A stretch of DNA of 45,085 nt from a virus (taxonomy: Duplodnaviria > Heunggongvirae > Uroviricota > Caudoviricetes): IMG/VR virus record IMGVR_UViG_2718217859_000005; one strand, 5' to 3'. The position numbers were made by a program, and so were the translations under genes. The first letter of the stretch is position 1. Every line of letters starts with the position of its first letter. Positions 42,409 to 45,085 of the stretch are shown here, piece by piece. The notes beneath the pieces were generated by a model, which was given only the letters and a program-made list of their open reading frames with translations, did not search any database and was not told the DNA's origin.

Positions 42409-44499
42409 ATGGCAGTAAAGATTTCAGGTGTCCTGAAGGACGGAGCGGGTGAGCCTGTCGTAAACTGTGCGATTGAATTGCGTGCCAGAAGAACCAGTCC
42501 GACAGTTGTGGTTAATATTGTGGCAACCTGTCTTACGGGAAGTGATGGCGGGTATACTATTAATGCTGAGCCGGGATTTTATGATGTATTTTTGTCCCGC
42601 TCAGGGCATCCTACTGTAAAGGCGGGGGAAATTTATGTTGCACCGACAGATGAGCCGGATACGCTGAATGCTTTTCTGGATGCACCAAAGGAGGGTGATT
42701 TACGCCCTGAGGTAATGAAGCGTTTTGAGGAAATGGTAAATACCGTTGTTCGCTTGTCTGAGCAGGTGGTCAGTGACAGGGAGAGAGCAGAAACAGCTGC
42801 TGATGATGCAATCAATGCAGCAACATCTGCGGCGGTTAGTAAGGATGAGGCAGAAGAGCTAAAAAATCAGACACAGCAGAGCGCCGAAGCTGCAGCCGGA
42901 AACGCACAGCAGACCGCGCAGGATGTGGAGGCAACGGTCACCGCCCGTGATGATGCGGAACGTTTTGCGGGTGAGGCAGAAAACAGCGCACAGTCATCAG
43001 GCACAGCGCGGGACGAATCAGTCGATGCCGCCGAACGTGCCCGCCTTTATCATAATGCCGCATCATCAGCTGCAACCAGCGCGGAAAATGCAGCAAATGC
43101 TGCACTCGGGCATGAAAACAGCGCCGCTGAATACGCCCGACAGGCTAAAGACAGCCAGGATGCAGGTGCAGACAATGCGCAGGAAGCGAAACAGTACAGG
43201 GATGAGGCACAGCAGATAGTTGATGACCTGAATGCAACAAATGCCAGCACGACAGAAAAAGGTCTGGTGCAACTCTGTAGTGATACGGACAACGACAGCG
43301 AGGAACTGGCTGCCACGCCAAAGGCTGTCAAAGACGTCATGGACGAGACGAAAACAAAAGCGCCACTGGACAGCCCGGCCTTCACCGGCACCCCAACCAC
43401 CCCAACCCCACCGGATGATGCCGCCGGTCTGGAAGCAGCGAACGCAGCGTTTGTGCGCAAACTGCTTGCTGCGCTGGTTGGCTCATCGCCGGAAGTTCTG
43501 GACACCCTGAACGAGCTGGCAGCGGCGCTGGGCAATGACCCGAACTTTGCGACGACAATCACAAACGCGCTGGCAGGCAAACAACCGCTTAATGACGTCT
43601 TAACGGCAATCAGCGCACTGACGCAACGGGCAGATAATCTTCTGTACTTCAATACAGACGGGAATGCCTCACTGTCTCTGCTGTCAGAGAAGGGCCGCGC
43701 ATTGCTGGCGCATGACACGGCTGAAGCCATGCGCACGGAGCTTGAGCTGAGCGCGGCTGCGACGATGGAACCCCAGAGTGATATCCGCGACCGCACACCG
43801 GGCAGGCTGGCACTGTCCGGCATGCATGGATTTGGTCAGGCATTTACCAGCACTGAAGCCCTGGCGTTTGAGGGACTGTCTGATTTCGTTGAATGGCTGA
43901 AGAAAGTCACGCCGGGGCGGTATGCGGTCAGTATTACAGATTCATCACAACTGCTTACCGGTACCACGCAATTTAACGGCATTATTGACGTGATGTGGTC
44001 CCCGTACGCCAACAGTGAATCTGACACAGCCCGCAAATTTAAAACCCTGATGTGTTACAACCAGTATTATCAGGGTGAACACTGTATTCACTATATGCAG
44101 TACCGGTACAACGACAGCGATAACAGCTGGAACATGTCATCGCGGGTAGTTGTTTACGACGGAGATTCACTGGCGTACCTGTTGTCCAGGACAGCAGGCT
44201 CAGGCTCATATTACAAATATCCGGCGGTTGGTGTGCCAATACTGGCGGCATATCAGGGAACTGAGACGGGTGATACGTCCATAAAAATTGGCCTGGGCGA
44301 CGTGGTGCCGGGGTCCCGTCTGGGGCCGGTTCGTATCGCATCCACGTTCAGTGAGACGGGCTCATACACCTATTCAGCACAACTTACAGTTTATGGTGCA
44401 GGCAGCTACAGTTTTCCGGGGCGTTATATGGCGCTGTCCGGTTACAGCGGCGTGGCTACCAATGGGGCTTTAACATGCCTGTTTGTGCGCATCGAGTAA
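42409..44499 (+). CDS. stf: Side tail fibre protein (lambda Stf-like N-terminus, divergent distal region)
   Basis: N-terminus MAVKISGVLKDG...VVNCAIELRA matches lambda Stf as recalled; long Ala/Ser/Glu-rich low-complexity shaft. Confidence 0.8.
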   Translation: MAVKISGVLKDGAGEPVVNCAIELRARRTSPTVVVNIVATCLTGSDGGYTINAEPGFYDVFLSRSGHPTVKAGEIYVAPTDEPDTLNAFLDAPKEGDLRPEVMKRFEEMVNTVVRLSEQVVSDRERAETAADDAINAATSAAVSKDEAEELKNQTQQSAEAAAGNAQQTAQDVEATVTARDDAERFAGEAENSAQSSGTARDESVDAAERARLYHNAASSAATSAENAANAALGHENSAAEYARQAKDSQDAGADNAQEAKQYRDEAQQIVDDLNATNASTTEKGLVQLCSDTDNDSEELAATPKAVKDVMDETKTKAPLDSPAFTGTPTTPTPPDDAAGLEAANAAFVRKLLAALVGSSPEVLDTLNELAAALGNDPNFATTITNALAGKQPLNDVLTAISALTQRADNLLYFNTDGNASLSLLSEKGRALLAHDTAEAMRTELELSAAATMEPQSDIRDRTPGRLALSGMHGFGQAFTSTEALAFEGLSDFVEWLKKVTPGRYAVSITDSSQLLTGTTQFNGIIDVMWSPYANSESDTARKFKTLMCYNQYYQGEHCIHYMQYRYNDSDNSWNMSSRVVVYDGDSLAYLLSRTAGSGSYYKYPAVGVPILAAYQGTETGDTSIKIGLGDVVPGSRLGPVRIASTFSETGSYTYSAQLTVYGAGSYSFPGRYMALSGYSGVATNGALTCLFVRIE

Positions 44500-44512
44500 C
44501 GGGGAATAAAAC

Positions 44513-45085
44513 ATGAAAATCAGAGCGGTAAAAGGCATCAGAAACGCGCATTACCTTGAAAATGGTGCGGTTGACTGCGAGGTGTTATTTGAAGGTGAAA
44601 CGGAGTTTGCCCTGTATACCGCCATACAGGATGACACGGCCCCGACAGGCCAGCATGTCTGGCAGGAGCTGCAAAGCGGGAAATGGGGCGAAATCGCCCC
44701 GTTCACTGTCACGCCTGAACTTATTGCAGCGGCAAAGGATGCCAAAAGGCGGGAAATTGAGGCATGGCGCGACAGTCAGGAAAACGTTGAGTTTATTTTC
44801 ACGTTTGATGGCCGTCGTTTTGATGGCGGAAAAACCTCGCAGTCACGCCTTGCGCCCGTGGTTGCAACAGCGCAGGCCGGACTGCTTCCGGAGGGTTTTT
44901 TCTGGACTGATGCGGATAATAACAACGTCGTACTGACCAGGGAGAAACTTATTGCGCTGAACGATGCCATGATGGTGGCCATGGTGGCGGAGGGCTTTAA
45001 AATCCACGAACGCCAGCGCGAGATGAAGGAACAACTGAATAATCTGAATGACTTGGCTTCAATTCGAGCGCTTGACGTTACGTAA
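44513..45085 (+). CDS. Putative tail fibre assembly / chaperone protein (atypical; not clearly lambda Tfa-like)
   Basis: 190-aa ORF immediately downstream of stf, ending with TAA at the last three bases of the window. Assignment is positional; the sequence does not obviously match lambda Tfa. Confidence 0.4.
   Translation: MKIRAVKGIRNAHYLENGAVDCEVLFEGETEFALYTAIQDDTAPTGQHVWQELQSGKWGEIAPFTVTPELIAAAKDAKRREIEAWRDSQENVEFIFTFDGRRFDGGKTSQSRLAPVVATAQAGLLPEGFFWTDADNNNVVLTREKLIALNDAMMVAMVAEGFKIHERQREMKEQLNNLNDLASIRALDVT

Overview
This window is a near-complete lambda-like (lambdoid) prophage of an enterobacterial host, laid out in prophage order from the integrase stop (nt 1-3) to the stop of a tail-fibre-associated gene (nt 45083-45085); the attachment sites lie outside the window. 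All calls rest on reading the sequence and the ORF track and on recalled similarity to phage lambda and phage 21 proteins; no database search was run. The backbone is int/xis-like (1-1606), an immunity region with a CI-type repressor and divergent Cro-like gene (5572-6694), antirepressor and Lar-like genes, a replication module with iterons inside the initiator gene plus DnaC-like and DnaB-like genes (8957-12142), a Q-like antiterminator, a phage-21-type lysis cassette (pinholin, SAR endolysin, Rz/Rz1), a lambda-type cos site (cosN GGGCGGCGACCT at 22150-22161), and a lambda-like head and tail module from terminase through J, lom and side tail fibre (22344-45085). Three visibly AT-rich accessory islands interrupt this backbone. 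The first (1370-5510) replaces the usual recombination/kil/cIII/N genes with about eleven genes of unknown function, including an SPFH/band-7 lipoprotein operon with two tiny membrane peptides and a two-gene cassette (HTH-XRE fusion plus paralogous partner) driven by its own consensus sigma70 promoter. The second (12762-17661) lies between Q and the holin and carries a convergent DUF4236-like gene, a PapI-like/AraC-family regulator pair, a four-gene tRNA cluster (one member degenerate) and a TerB-like gene. The third is an insertion between holin and endolysin (17881-18900). I consider the SPFH operon, the promoter-driven HTH cassette and the DUF4236-like gene the best candidates for an undescribed superinfection-exclusion or defence function, but none can be assigned a function from sequence alone. 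Two single-base frame disruptions at homopolymer runs in tail genes V and T mean the prophage may be tail-defective, unless these are sequencing errors.
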